Shown here piece by piece: positions 40,237 to 50,000 of a DNA stretch of 64,000 nt. Source of the DNA: Candidatus Bathyarchaeota archaeon. Lineage in GTDB: Archaea; Thermoproteota; Bathyarchaeia; Bathyarchaeales; Bathycorpusculaceae. Below the pieces are notes generated by a model, which had not been told where the DNA came from, searched no databases, and worked only from the letters and a program-made list of their open reading frames with translations. The position numbers and the translations under genes were made by a program. Each line of letters begins with the position of its first letter. Position 1 is the stretch's first letter. The stretch spans positions 2,016,001 to 2,080,000 of the forward strand of contig OY970176.1 in NCBI GenBank assembly GCA_963707955.1, read 5' to 3'.

Positions 40237-41631
40237 GTGTTGAAAGTGAGTTTCAGAGAGAGAGTTAAGAAAGGCTTTAATGCGATTCGCAAAGCTACTG
40301 GCAGGTTTACAGCTCAGAGACAAGTTCCGCCTGAGATTAGCAAGAAGCAGATCCAAGAAGAGATTCCTGTTACTTGGGGAAAAGACCCAACCCTCTTAGG
40401 CTACGTTAACAAGTACATCTTGAAAGCATCAGGCATCGGTTTCATCACTCCGCCCTACATGGCCTACTGGGAGCGAATCTGGGGCGCAACACCGATAGAA
40501 GACCTGCCGAAATACAAAGACATGTACACGTTCACGCCGTACATCAAAGCCTCCATTGATGTAACTATTAACCTTGCTTTGAGCAACGGGTTTGAACTCG
40601 AAGGCGCAGATGACGCTGTTCGAGAATGGCTCACGAACTGGCTTGATGAGCAGAACATCCTGCAAACGCTAAGGATTGTCGGGACAGACATGCTTGTCTC
40701 AGGGAACGCTTACCTAGAACTTTGCCGTGACGAAGACGATGGCACAATACAGTGGCTTAAACCATTAGACCCGGTGCACATGCGCGTTCGCCGGGATGCT
40801 TACGGCAACGTCTTCGGCTTCGTTCAACTTCTAACTTTTCCACCCGTAACGTTCACTGCTCAAGATATTGTTCATTTTCGCTGGGGTTCTAAGAGTTGGT
40901 GGTACGAGTACAGCTACGGCACAAGCCTACTGCGACCGCTTCTTCTCATTCAAGCACTAATAGACGATTTCCAGACCGACATGGCAACGATCATGAAAGT
41001 GTACACGAAACCGATGCTGGTCGTCCAAGCAGGTACGCCTGAGATTCCATGGGGAGATGCGCAGTTAAGCGCTCTTGTTCAGGCTTTTCAAGACAGGATG
41101 CCTGCGACAGACGTGTTCGTAAGAGGCGATGTCACCGCTAAAGTTCTGCCAAGTATGACCAAAGAGATAAACGTTCAATGGTGGCTCGACTATCTTCACG
41201 GGCAGCGTCAAGCCGTTTTAGGCGTTCCGAAGATTTTCCTAGGTGAAAGCGAAGGGACAAACCGCGCAACTGCTGAAATCGTGATGCAAGAATATGTCAC
41301 TAGACTAAGGATGCTTCAAGAGCTTATTGGAGATACGCTGGAAACTGACTTGTTTAAGCAGCTGGTTGAAAGCAAGTTCGGTGAAGGCGTCGAGATTCCG
41401 AAGGTCAAGTGGCGTCCGATTTGGGAGCCGACAGTACAGGAGAAAGCCGCTTACATGGTCGCGCTGGTACAGAACCAAATTGCAACGATACCTGAAGCAA
41501 GAGTAGCCCTAGGCCTACCGCTGGAGCCAGAACAAAGCGAAGGCACATTGCCTACAGCAAGCGGCGGAACTGCGCTCACCGGGCAGCCCGAGGAAAAGAA
41601 GCCTGTTGCTTTGCCTCTTGAAACGAAGTGA
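40237..41631 (+). CDS. Portal protein
   Basis: Follows TerL; GNAYLE, L.PLDP..MRV, IVHFR, YG.S, LGVP..FLG, N.ATA, EARVALGL. Confidence 0.92.
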   Translation: MLKVSFRERVKKGFNAIRKATGRFTAQRQVPPEISKKQIQEEIPVTWGKDPTLLGYVNKYILKASGIGFITPPYMAYWERIWGATPIEDLPKYKDMYTFTPYIKASIDVTINLALSNGFELEGADDAVREWLTNWLDEQNILQTLRIVGTDMLVSGNAYLELCRDEDDGTIQWLKPLDPVHMRVRRDAYGNVFGFVQLLTFPPVTFTAQDIVHFRWGSKSWWYEYSYGTSLLRPLLLIQALIDDFQTDMATIMKVYTKPMLVVQAGTPEIPWGDAQLSALVQAFQDRMPATDVFVRGDVTAKVLPSMTKEINVQWWLDYLHGQRQAVLGVPKIFLGESEGTNRATAEIVMQEYVTRLRMLQELIGDTLETDLFKQLVESKFGEGVEIPKVKWRPIWEPTVQEKAAYMVALVQNQIATIPEARVALGLPLEPEQSEGTLPTASGGTALTGQPEEKKPVALPLETK

Positions 41632-41906
41632 CTTCTTTGTCTCGCTACGCAGAGGCTGCCGCATACTACAGCCATTATGCCCAGCTTGCGCCTCTTCAAA
41701 AACCTGTAACGCATACTTGGGTCTTCACTCTAGTTGATGACAAAAAACTCTGCGAAAGTTGTGACGAGTTTCGCGGAGAATCATATGAACTTGCAGACCC
41801 AGCAGAGTTAGAAGAGGCTTTTCCGTATGGCGAGCAAGTTGACTCTGCAACTTTCGCCTGTAACATCCATCCAAATTGCCGTTGCATTATGGAGAGGGTG
41901 ACTTGA
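41628..41906 (+). CDS. Minimal MuF/gp7-like head morphogenesis domain
   Basis: D...C..C....G...HPNCRC directly after the portal. Confidence 0.75.
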   Translation: MTSLSRYAEAAAYYSHYAQLAPLQKPVTHTWVFTLVDDKKLCESCDEFRGESYELADPAELEEAFPYGEQVDSATFACNIHPNCRCIMERVT

Positions 41907-42139
41907 AACCTGAGAAACTCGTAACGATGCACTGCCCGAGCTGCGGGGCAGATTTCGACAAGCAGCCAATAATCATAATCAACCGTTCAAACGGGTCAAG
42001 CCACATGGAGGAGCATCTTCCGAAGAAGTGTAAATACTGCAAAACAGGCCTTGTCCGCAGCGTTACGAAGACGAAGACCACTTTTAAGTTTGGGAAACTC
42101 AATGCAGAAGATCGACAAAACGTTGGCATACCAGCTTAA
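41876..42139 (+). CDS. Small zinc-finger protein
   Basis: CPSCG...CKYC. Confidence 0.55.
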   Translation: MPLHYGEGDLKPEKLVTMHCPSCGADFDKQPIIIINRSNGSSHMEEHLPKKCKYCKTGLVRSVTKTKTTFKFGKLNAEDRQNVGIPA

Positions 42140-42641
42140 CAGCTTGGTGAACCAGAAGCCATATAACCAGCAGCATCCAGCAGCAGCATTCTGGCCTCGG
42201 ATGTCTTGTAGCGGGTTATGTCGCTTTACTCTTGTGATGCGGCGTTTCCATGTAAGCTGCTTCTGGTGTCGTCTCCGCAGGTTCTTCTATGGAAAACTAG
42301 ACAGATCAAAATATCACTTTAATCCAAAATTCGGCCCACTGATTGTGCCGAATGATGTGACTCTGAGAAGCATATTCAAGAAAGTCTATAAAGATAGAAC
42401 TTTTTTGATTCGGACTTCAAAAGGATTACAGGTGAAAAAAGTAAACCACGTATTGATGGATGAAAGGCCGGTCTACAATCTATGGGTTGATAATAATAGA
42501 CGGTTCAAACCTGTCAAAGACATCCTCTTTGATAAAGTTTTCAAGAAAATCGAAGAATTGGTAAATACTGAGAATCTTTCTTTTCCAAAGCAGCTTGAGT
42601 TACGCTATCTTTACAATGTAGCAGAAGCGTTGGCGAATTAA
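42051..42641 (+). CDS. Hypothetical protein (start uncertain)
   Basis: ORF fills the operon gap; ends 1 nt before the next ATG. Confidence 0.5.
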   Translation: MSAALRRRRPLLSLGNSMQKIDKTLAYQLNSLVNQKPYNQQHPAAAFWPRMSCSGLCRFTLVMRRFHVSCFWCRLRRFFYGKLDRSKYHFNPKFGPLIVPNDVTLRSIFKKVYKDRTFLIRTSKGLQVKKVNHVLMDERPVYNLWVDNNRRFKPVKDILFDKVFKKIEELVNTENLSFPKQLELRYLYNVAEALAN

Positions 42642-42642
42642 C

Positions 42643-42954
42643 ATGCCCGGCTTAGAAGAAGGTACAACAGTCTGGCGCTACAGAGTTCAAGACCGTGATA
42701 AGCTTGATAAGATGCGGGTCAAGGAACTTGGGAAAGGCGTAAAGATAACTCTCGGCCGCATTAAAGGCTCGCAGCGCTGGGAAATCGAGAACTATATGTT
42801 TGAGAAAAGCGCTTTCAAAACACGGGAAGAAGTACGGAAGTGGCTTGACTCTCACCTGAAGAGTGAGATCCGTAGCTTCCTTGACTTTAAAGCGTTTGAT
42901 GAGTGGCGTCGGCGGTTCATTAATGCTTACATGCAGATCAGCAAGATAGAATGA
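42643..42954 (+). CDS. Head-module small protein
   Basis: RYRV.D...GVK...GR.KG....EI....F.K..F.T.EE...WL pattern resembling small domains near prohead proteases. Confidence 0.65.
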   Translation: MPGLEEGTTVWRYRVQDRDKLDKMRVKELGKGVKITLGRIKGSQRWEIENYMFEKSAFKTREEVRKWLDSHLKSEIRSFLDFKAFDEWRRRFINAYMQISKIE

Positions 42955-43002
42955 CCTGACGAATAAATAAGGCAGGGCGAACAGAGTAGTGGTTGGTCGT
43001 GT

Positions 43003-43278
43003 ATGGAAGTGTTACCAGCAAAAGTCCCTCCTTCTGTTCTACTTCCTGACAATGAAGGGCATTTGGTCTATATCAACGTAACAAAGTGCGACAATTGCGG
43101 AGAAAACTTGGTTGACCGAGATGGCAACTTCAAATGGAAGACAGTTCAGATAATAGATGACGCAGTGAGACCTCTCTACTTATGTTCAGAAAAATGTAAA
43201 CGAAGCATGGAAGCAAAGATCAAAGACAATAACGGTCACTTTCCTAATGAGAAGCTGCGAATCGACAGCGTAGTGTGA
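43003..43278 (+). CDS. Zinc-finger (TRASH-like) protein
   Basis: CDNCG...LCSEKC. Confidence 0.6.
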   Translation: MEVLPAKVPPSVLLPDNEGHLVYINVTKCDNCGENLVDRDGNFKWKTVQIIDDAVRPLYLCSEKCKRSMEAKIKDNNGHFPNEKLRIDSVV

Positions 43279-43305
43279 CAGCGAAGTTGGAAGGGTAGGT
43301 TATAC

Positions 43306-43548
43306 ATGATAATTGAGCAAGTCGAAGAAGCGATAAAGCTGTGTAAAGAAGCAGGGAGGGAGCCGATTGCTCTTGTCATTAATCCTAAAGTGTTGGATAA
43401 AATATACGAAGAGCTACGAAGGTCTACACAGCCAAACTTTCCAAGGGCGTACATAATGAAGCTTTTCGACTTAACGATAGTTGAGCATGTAAAGGCGAGA
43501 GATTTCTTTATCGTAGATAACAGAAGCTGGGCAGAGCAGAAATTCTAA
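43306..43548 (+). CDS. Hypothetical protein
   Basis: 80-aa co-oriented ORF. Confidence 0.6.
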   Translation: MIIEQVEEAIKLCKEAGREPIALVINPKVLDKIYEELRRSTQPNFPRAYIMKLFDLTIVEHVKARDFFIVDNRSWAEQKF

Positions 43549-43601
43549 GTTCATCACAATCCAGCAAAGTATAGTGACCTAATCCATAAAAGATACTCAG
43601 C

Positions 43602-43795
43602 GAATAGAATAGTTGGCGACTACTGCTGGGAATCTTCCTGTGAGTGGCGCAGAGCACCTCCGTGTCTGGGATGTCGCCCGAAGATTCCTGGGGTAGCCAC
43701 TCTATCTATTCTCATCATAGTTACTGCTTGAAGCTACATTTTTTCCGTTCTCGAAGCCTTCTCCTCAGCGGTTTTGATGTGGCTTCAAGCAGTAA
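43602..43795 (+). ncRNA. Candidate structured RNA/DNA element with two long hairpins
   Basis: Nested stems GAATAG/CTATTC and GGAATCTTC/GAAGATTCC; 19-bp stem TTACTGCTTGAAGCTACAT/ATGTGGCTTCAAGCAGTAA. Confidence 0.45.
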
Positions 43796-43817
43796 TAAAA
43801 ACTTTGGAAGTTAAAAA

Positions 43818-44258
43818 ATGAACTCTAATCGTGCACTGACCATAGTTGCTGTTATGCTTCTCTCATCAATCGTCGTAGGTCTTGCTCTCCAGTCTTTCAT
43901 GCGGCAAATCCCAAGCCTTGGAACAATTACTGCGGTCGGTGTAGGCGTCTTCAGTGATGCTGCCTGTACACAGAACGTGACAAGCGTAAACTGGGGAATC
44001 TTAACACCTGGGAGCATAACGAACTATCAAACTTACATCAAGAGCACAAGCAACATACCGATAACTCTGAGTCTAGGCACAGACTCGTGGAACCCAGCAA
44101 GTGCCCCGACTTACATAACGCTTTCTTGGAGCTACTCAGCAGGCGTAGTGATTCAGCCGAACGCTTCGCTTCCAGTGTCGCTTACTCTGACAGTCAGCTC
44201 AACTGTTACAGGGTTCACTTCATTCACTTTTGACATCGACATAACAGGCTCTGGTTAG
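43818..44258 (+). CDS. Secreted/membrane-anchored beta-sandwich protein
   Basis: N-terminal TM helix; S/T-rich; V.WG.LTPG...WNP. Confidence 0.8.
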   Translation: MNSNRALTIVAVMLLSSIVVGLALQSFMRQIPSLGTITAVGVGVFSDAACTQNVTSVNWGILTPGSITNYQTYIKSTSNIPITLSLGTDSWNPASAPTYITLSWSYSAGVVIQPNASLPVSLTLTVSSTVTGFTSFTFDIDITGSG

Positions 44259-44285
44259 GCCCCAGATAGTTAAGGTGTAAACAAA

Positions 44286-44678
44286 ATGAGTTTTGAAGCA
44301 AGAGTTTGGAGTACGAAAGAAGTCAATGATTTCCCAGATGGTTCCTTCGCATACATCGAGCCGGGTGGCAAGAAGGACGGCGAAGGCAAGACGATACCGA
44401 GAGGTTTGAGGCACTTTCCGTACAAAGACAAAAGCGGAAAACTTGATGAAGTTCACATAAACGCCGGGTTTTCATATCTCAGCAAAGCGAAGCTTCCAGT
44501 AGCTGCGAAGAAGCATATACATCAAACGCTAGTCAACGCTTGCAAGAAGCTTGGGAAAGAGCATAAGCCATGCAGCTTCCCAGGTTGCAAAGGCACTAGC
44601 CCAAAGAAGAGCATGCTTGAAGACAGTGAAGCCTTCTATGCCCTGCAAAGACGCGGAATGTACACGACTTTTCTCTAA
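44286..44678 (+). CDS. Head-module protein upstream of the protease
   Basis: ND.PD.SFAYIEPGG.KD..GKT.PR.LRHFPY.D..G..D..H motif. Confidence 0.7.
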   Translation: MSFEARVWSTKEVNDFPDGSFAYIEPGGKKDGEGKTIPRGLRHFPYKDKSGKLDEVHINAGFSYLSKAKLPVAAKKHIHQTLVNACKKLGKEHKPCSFPGCKGTSPKKSMLEDSEAFYALQRRGMYTTFL

Positions 44679-44688
44679 GGTGTCCTTC

Positions 44689-45858
44689 ATGCAGCTGAAA
44701 TATTTCGTTCCCTTTAAAGCCCAAGAAGGCGTAAGCGCAGAGTTCGCGCTAAGAGAGAAACTGTTGAACATTGAAGGTCTCGCCATAGATACGAGCGTCA
44801 ACGCTAACAAATGGCAGGTGCCAGAAGAGGACCTTGACTTTTTCGTATCAACACTCATAAGTGCTCAGCTGCGAATCGATCATGCAGAAAGTGCCATGGC
44901 TGTTATCGGTAGAGTTCCTGAAAGCAAGAGGATCGGGAATACTGCTTGGTTCAGGGCTGAGATCGGTGATCTGCCGATAATTGAGAAAGTCCTGAGAGGC
45001 TACTTAACACACGTCAGCGTTCAAGTTGATAGCGATCAAGTAGAATGCAGCAAGTGTATGAAGCCCACGCGGAAAGAAGGAATGCTCGTGCACCTCTGCC
45101 CAGGCGCTTGGGAGATCGTCCATAAGCCGAAGGTGCGGGAACTTAGCATCGTAGCGAGTCCGGCTTATGAGAAGACTGTTTTTGCGCCAGTCGGTTTCGC
45201 TGCTGCCATGAATGAATCGCAGAAGATCGAGTTTCCATGTGCTCATTGTTCCCAGTTACTGCAAAGTAACGAAGATGTGGGTTCTAAGCGGAAGCTGCAA
45301 GAACCTGAAAACAAAAAGAGCGAAACAATGGAGGTGAAACCTTTGTCTGACAATGCTCAGGCGAAGGGTTCTCCACATCAAGCACAAGACGCAGGCATCG
45401 TAAACGTATCACCAGGTGAATCGGCTCCGCAGCAAGTTGAGTATCAGCAGATGATGGACCAACTGACAACTCTGGAAAACAAGATCAAGCAAACGCCGTC
45501 AATCACAGACGCAGAGAGTGCTGCCATGACGAAGCGCGTCGCAGACCTTGAAGCAGAAGTCGCTAAGAGGGCAACGAAGAGGGCGCTCAGTAAGAAGATT
45601 ACTGAGCTAAGCAGGAAACTTACCGAAAGCGCAGAAAGCGCTGAAGTAGCTGGAGACGGCGCTGGTCAAGACGGTCAAGACGGAAATGGCGGAGACGGTG
45701 ACGGCCAGGATGGCGATGGAAAGCAGAAAGCAGAAGCGAAGCGCGCAAGCGGCCACGGAATCGTCGCAGTTGATGAAGCGAACAAAGATATTCTCGGCAA
45801 CTACGCTTGGTTCAAAGACATCATGAAGGCCAGCCAGAAGCTTAAAGGCATGAAATAG
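44689..45858 (+). CDS. Prohead protease-scaffold fusion
   Basis: IEG.A...N.N; IDH; VSV; ELSIVASPAY; C-terminal coiled coil and Gly/Asp tract. Confidence 0.85.
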   Translation: MQLKYFVPFKAQEGVSAEFALREKLLNIEGLAIDTSVNANKWQVPEEDLDFFVSTLISAQLRIDHAESAMAVIGRVPESKRIGNTAWFRAEIGDLPIIEKVLRGYLTHVSVQVDSDQVECSKCMKPTRKEGMLVHLCPGAWEIVHKPKVRELSIVASPAYEKTVFAPVGFAAAMNESQKIEFPCAHCSQLLQSNEDVGSKRKLQEPENKKSETMEVKPLSDNAQAKGSPHQAQDAGIVNVSPGESAPQQVEYQQMMDQLTTLENKIKQTPSITDAESAAMTKRVADLEAEVAKRATKRALSKKITELSRKLTESAESAEVAGDGAGQDGQDGNGGDGDGQDGDGKQKAEAKRASGHGIVAVDEANKDILGNYAWFKDIMKASQKLKGMK

Positions 45859-45868
45859 GTGATAAACT

Positions 45869-46255
45869 TTGTCAACATCTTGGCCATTAGAAGGAACAAC
45901 ACCGCTCATAGCTGATCGTTTCATCGAGACCTACATCGCAGCTGTTAGCCTGCAGACGATTGGTTTGTTTGTAGAACTTACAGCAGACAATACTGTTAAC
46001 GTAACCACAGGTCCGAATAGTAAGAAAGTTGTAGGCGTAACGCTGACTAAGGCGCTCGCTGGCCAGAAAATCTCTGTCGTCTCAAGAGGCAAGGTCAGAG
46101 TTGTCCCATACGCAACACTTACTTATGGAGACCAAGTTTGCGCAACATCAGGCGGAACAGCACTCACAGACAACAGTAGCCTGAATACGACTATTCTCGG
46201 CATCTGCAGTCAAGGCGGTAACAGCGCTGGTACAGCAATCGTTGAGCTCTGGTAA
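45869..46255 (+). CDS. Capsid decoration/cement protein (DUF2190-like)
   Basis: VVGV....A.AGQ.ISV...G.V.V......GD.V.....G.A pattern; precedes MCP. Confidence 0.8.
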   Translation: MSTSWPLEGTTPLIADRFIETYIAAVSLQTIGLFVELTADNTVNVTTGPNSKKVVGVTLTKALAGQKISVVSRGKVRVVPYATLTYGDQVCATSGGTALTDNSSLNTTILGICSQGGNSAGTAIVELW

Positions 46256-46265
46256 GGCGGTTTGA

Positions 46266-47159
46266 ATGAGTTTTGTAAGAGACGCTTTATCATGGATAGA
46301 TACAGGGGCAGTACAGTATCCAACTCTACACCAGAAGATCATCGAGTTGACTATGCCAGCCCTCGTCGTTAAGAGGTTTCTGCCAGAGTTCCCAATCGTC
46401 GCTGGGCGAACTGCAACATTCGTGAAAGAACAAGGCTCGCGCAGCATCGGCATCACAGAGATCGCCGAAGGCGCAGAGATAATGATGGACTTCACACCGC
46501 TTAGCACAGTGACAGTTACGCCGTACAAGAAAGGCGCAAGAGAACGTATAAGCAGAGAAAACATCGAAGACCTCTACATCCCGGTGATTGAGCAGCAACT
46601 GCGGCGTCTAGCAAGACGTGTCGCGTATCAGATAGACTACGACTGTATGAACGTCATCGCAAACGCCGCGGCTTACACATCTGCAGGCACAGGCAAAAGC
46701 ATGGGAACCACAGGTACAGAGTTCACCATAACAGGAGGCCTCGGCACCAAAGACATCTTGGCAGCAGACGCTTATATCGCGAGCAAGAACTTCATCGCTG
46801 ATTCACTGATCTGCAACCCGATTCAGGCTCGTGACTTGAAGTATCTGCCTCAGTTCATGCTAGCAGGCTTCTACGGTGAAACTGCTATCCAAGCAGGAGC
46901 AGTCGGCAGAGTCTACGGCTTAGACCTTTATGTCAGCAACGTCTGCAGCGCAGGCACCGCTTACGTCGTAAGCACAGGGCAGAACTTGAGCTCAAGCTAC
47001 GCGCCGCTCGGATTCTTCGTGATCAAGAGACCACTAATGAGTGACATAGATCCGAAGAAAGAGTTTGACAGCGTTGACATCGAGCTGACTACGAGATACG
47101 CGCCTGTCGTGCTGAACGGAGAATGCATCGCCCAAATAACAGGACTAGCAACCACATAA
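46266..47159 (+). CDS. Major capsid protein (HK97 fold)
   Basis: IAEGAEI, K.G....ISRE.IED, LICNP, G.VYGL...VSN, RY...VL; position in operon. Confidence 0.92.
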   Translation: MSFVRDALSWIDTGAVQYPTLHQKIIELTMPALVVKRFLPEFPIVAGRTATFVKEQGSRSIGITEIAEGAEIMMDFTPLSTVTVTPYKKGARERISRENIEDLYIPVIEQQLRRLARRVAYQIDYDCMNVIANAAAYTSAGTGKSMGTTGTEFTITGGLGTKDILAADAYIASKNFIADSLICNPIQARDLKYLPQFMLAGFYGETAIQAGAVGRVYGLDLYVSNVCSAGTAYVVSTGQNLSSSYAPLGFFVIKRPLMSDIDPKKEFDSVDIELTTRYAPVVLNGECIAQITGLATT

Positions 47160-47296
47160 ACTCAGTAATCCATTTCCCCTCTCTTTTCCCCTTTTTTGTT
47201 CTAAAGCCTGTCCTCAAGCAGGATAGGCGGAACCGTTTTTGCGCACACGTTAGTTGCGCCCGTAAATAAAAACTTCATGGAGGTGAATGAAGAAAA

Positions 47297-47764
47297 ATGT
47301 CTCTGGTATTCAACTTGTCAAAAGGCTTGCTTTACGGCATAACGCTCGGCATACTCTTCGGCCTGTCCATATTCCTGATAGGCACAGTTGCTTCTAACAT
47401 GGGCTTCATTACTATAGCGCCAACGACTCTCGCAGCGCTCGTATTCGCAAACGGCATACTCGGCGGCATAGCGATGGAGTATGGCAAATGGCTCAAGAAC
47501 CAGCATAACGGCGGCTTGATCTTCGGTTTGGCAAACGGTTTCTTGTCAGGTGTTGTGCTCGGCATATACTTCGGTCTAGCAGTCTTCTTGATGGCTGGGG
47601 CTATCTTTGCTTTAGGATGGCTCACTTTAACACCTGTCCAGCTAGCCAGCCTATCATTCGCAGTTTGCATCCTGATGTTCGTCACATACGAGTACAGCAA
47701 CTGGCTTGATGCTCAAAATGCTACTGCAGCGGCCGCAGCGACTACGCCTCCAGTTAAGCAGTAA
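47297..47764 (+). CDS. 4-TM membrane protein with internal duplication
   Basis: Two similar halves (L.F.L..G.L.G..LGI.FGL..FL ... EY..WL..Q); GGAGGTGA RBS. Confidence 0.8.
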   Translation: MSLVFNLSKGLLYGITLGILFGLSIFLIGTVASNMGFITIAPTTLAALVFANGILGGIAMEYGKWLKNQHNGGLIFGLANGFLSGVVLGIYFGLAVFLMAGAIFALGWLTLTPVQLASLSFAVCILMFVTYEYSNWLDAQNATAAAAATTPPVKQ

Positions 47765-47844
47765 GAGAGCTTAGCAAAAAATCTCCTTTCCCCTTTTTAG
47801 TTGAAAATTATATCGGGTTATACCCATTATCTCGTGGTGAAAAC

Positions 47845-48303
47845 ATGAGTGTAACTTTCATTCAGATAACCGACGTTCAAGCGCAGCTTAATGCCGCGTT
47901 TGACGGTGTTCACACGTACACAGTGTACGGGCTCACGATTTTAGATACGACAATGCAGGCCCACGTAGACTATGCAAACCTCTACATGAACGGACTAATA
48001 GCCAACTTGTCCACTTCTGACTCGCGTTATCCGCTCGCGAAGCTTGCAGCACTCAACATCGCCTGCTTGCGAGTCCTCGTGATTTCAAGCGGCGGCTCTC
48101 TTGTCGGAGCGTTTGACTATTTCTTAGGAGACATGCGCGTTATGAGAAACGCACCATACGGAGCTGCCCTTCTGCGGACGATTGCGGGACTCAAAGATGA
48201 CCTTCTAAAGATGATGACGAACCTGAGCACGCCGATAATGACTGCTGACGCTGCTGCAGGTAGTCAAACGCCGACTTATCGTGGAGGCTTAGCGAGTCCA
48301 TGA
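47845..48303 (+). CDS. Putative head-tail adaptor
   Basis: Position and size; F....DV...L N-terminus. Confidence 0.6.
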   Translation: MSVTFIQITDVQAQLNAAFDGVHTYTVYGLTILDTTMQAHVDYANLYMNGLIANLSTSDSRYPLAKLAALNIACLRVLVISSGGSLVGAFDYFLGDMRVMRNAPYGAALLRTIAGLKDDLLKMMTNLSTPIMTADAAAGSQTPTYRGGLASP

Positions 48304-49151
48304 CAATTAAGATCGATGGAAGCGTTGAGGCGGGCGTGTCTGGTTCTTCAATACCTCTGTCCTTACAAATAGAAAATAACAATGATGTAATAATTGTTGC
48401 TGTTGGAACATTGGATCATAATGGGTACGTAACAGTTAGTCAGATTGCGTCTTCTCCTTCATTAACATGGAAAAAGAGGCAATCACAGACATATTATACG
48501 TCTTCTGGATATTATGAAGACTTTGAAGAATGGTATGCTATTTCACCGAGTAGCGGAAGTCTCTCTATAACGGTTACATTAACAAGTGCACCGAGTTGGT
48601 CAGGACAAGGAGTTGCGTTTGGCATAAGCGGTGCCGATACAACAATTATTTTTGATAGTAATGCCAACGCTAATCCAACTGGTTCTGGTCACGGCACTAC
48701 TTGCAGCGTTTCAATTTCTACTTCTAACGTCAATGATCTTATAGTTGGGCTTGTATCTACTTCTGGGTTTCAACCTCAAGCTGGCAGTGCCTATACTCCA
48801 ATCCAACTTAAGACTCAGATTGGTTCAGAATATAACGTAGTTTCATCTCCACAGAGCGGCACAATAGTTGATTTTTCCTTTTCTACTACATTTTGGATTG
48901 AAATCGCTGATGCAATTGTAGCAGGACCAGATATACCAGCTCCTCCAACCCAAGATTCAAGTGCCCCTCTTGCATCAAGCGCCGGGACAGCTCAAGACTA
49001 TAGCATTCCGCAGCAGCCGACTGGGAAGACGCTTTACACTGGAAACTACATCATTGCCAAAGTTAACGGCTACCGCATGCTCATAACTGACGCGCAGCTT
49101 CAGCAGTATCTTGATAACGGTGATGACGTCGAGGTCGTGAATCTGCCGTGA
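48300..49151 (+). CDS. Virion protein with S/T-rich beta domain
   Basis: 283 aa, coupled to both neighbours. Confidence 0.65.
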   Translation: MTIKIDGSVEAGVSGSSIPLSLQIENNNDVIIVAVGTLDHNGYVTVSQIASSPSLTWKKRQSQTYYTSSGYYEDFEEWYAISPSSGSLSITVTLTSAPSWSGQGVAFGISGADTTIIFDSNANANPTGSGHGTTCSVSISTSNVNDLIVGLVSTSGFQPQAGSAYTPIQLKTQIGSEYNVVSSPQSGTIVDFSFSTTFWIEIADAIVAGPDIPAPPTQDSSAPLASSAGTAQDYSIPQQPTGKTLYTGNYIIAKVNGYRMLITDAQLQQYLDNGDDVEVVNLP

Positions 49152-49603
49152 CAGACACAGCGCAAGTCGTAAGCGCGATGCTTCAGGCAAAGTGGGGTCT
49201 CTCGTCTCCGAAGGCAAGTGATATCTTCTGGGCAACTACGCGCTTTACAGCGATGCAGTTTGGGCAGGTCACAAACTCTTATGCTATCGCCTGCTATAAC
49301 CCTGGTAACCCGGTCGCTTCTGACCCTTTATCTCGCGAAGTCTGGCAGATGCTTGAAGACGTAATCATTGACATCGTCGTTAAAACAGCGGGTATGAGCA
49401 GCGCAGGCTCAGCGATTCAGGAAGCGATTGATGCGCGGGAAAGCATGCGGCAGCAGGTTTATAGCATCATCCACCAGAACGAGTTTGCTTTCTCTGAATG
49501 CGCAGACGTTTATCCTCTGCGAGAACAGACGAAGGCTGAAAGCCCAGAACTTGTTAGGCTCGCAATCCAGGTCAAGTGCAAGAGCTTCAGTGTGCAGAGT
49601 TAA
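49148..49603 (+). CDS. Putative tail terminator/completion protein
   Basis: Position and size in the neck module. Confidence 0.55.
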   Translation: MTDTAQVVSAMLQAKWGLSSPKASDIFWATTRFTAMQFGQVTNSYAIACYNPGNPVASDPLSREVWQMLEDVIIDIVVKTAGMSSAGSAIQEAIDARESMRQQVYSIIHQNEFAFSECADVYPLREQTKAESPELVRLAIQVKCKSFSVQS

Positions 49604-49613
49604 GGCGGTCTTT

Positions 49614-50000
49614 ATGAGTGCTCGCATAGAGTGCGAAGTTGAGTATGCTGACCAACTCTCATCAGTTCTACGAAATGTCTTTCCAGGGGCGCTTGATACA
49701 AACATTTCCCAGGCCATTCAGACAGTTGTGGACAGAATCTTAGGAGATGCCCGTAGCTTGGTCCCGGTTCGTACTGGCTTCTTGTTAAGCACGATTGGCG
49801 CTGAGACTCTTGCTAGGTGGGCATTCACGCTTTATGCCCGTGCTCCATACGCCGGATATGTGGAGTGGGGCACAGTCCGTATGGCTGCGCGACTTTACAT
49901 GACTCGGGCAATCGAGATGCATCAGGGAGAGCTTACCCAGGAAGTGGCTAACGCAGTGAGGCAGTCTGCTGAGGATTGTGGAGTGATAAGCCTTGGATAA
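49614..50000 (+). CDS. HK97 gp10-like tail completion protein
   Basis: A....PVRTG.L..TI; YA.YVEWGT..M.AR.YM..A. Confidence 0.9.
   Translation: MSARIECEVEYADQLSSVLRNVFPGALDTNISQAIQTVVDRILGDARSLVPVRTGFLLSTIGAETLARWAFTLYARAPYAGYVEWGTVRMAARLYMTRAIEMHQGELTQEVANAVRQSAEDCGVISLG

Noticed and set aside
45654-45720. GACGG-rich short tandem repeats
   Set aside because: They encode the Gly/Asp/Gln linker of the scaffold; no evidence of a separate function.
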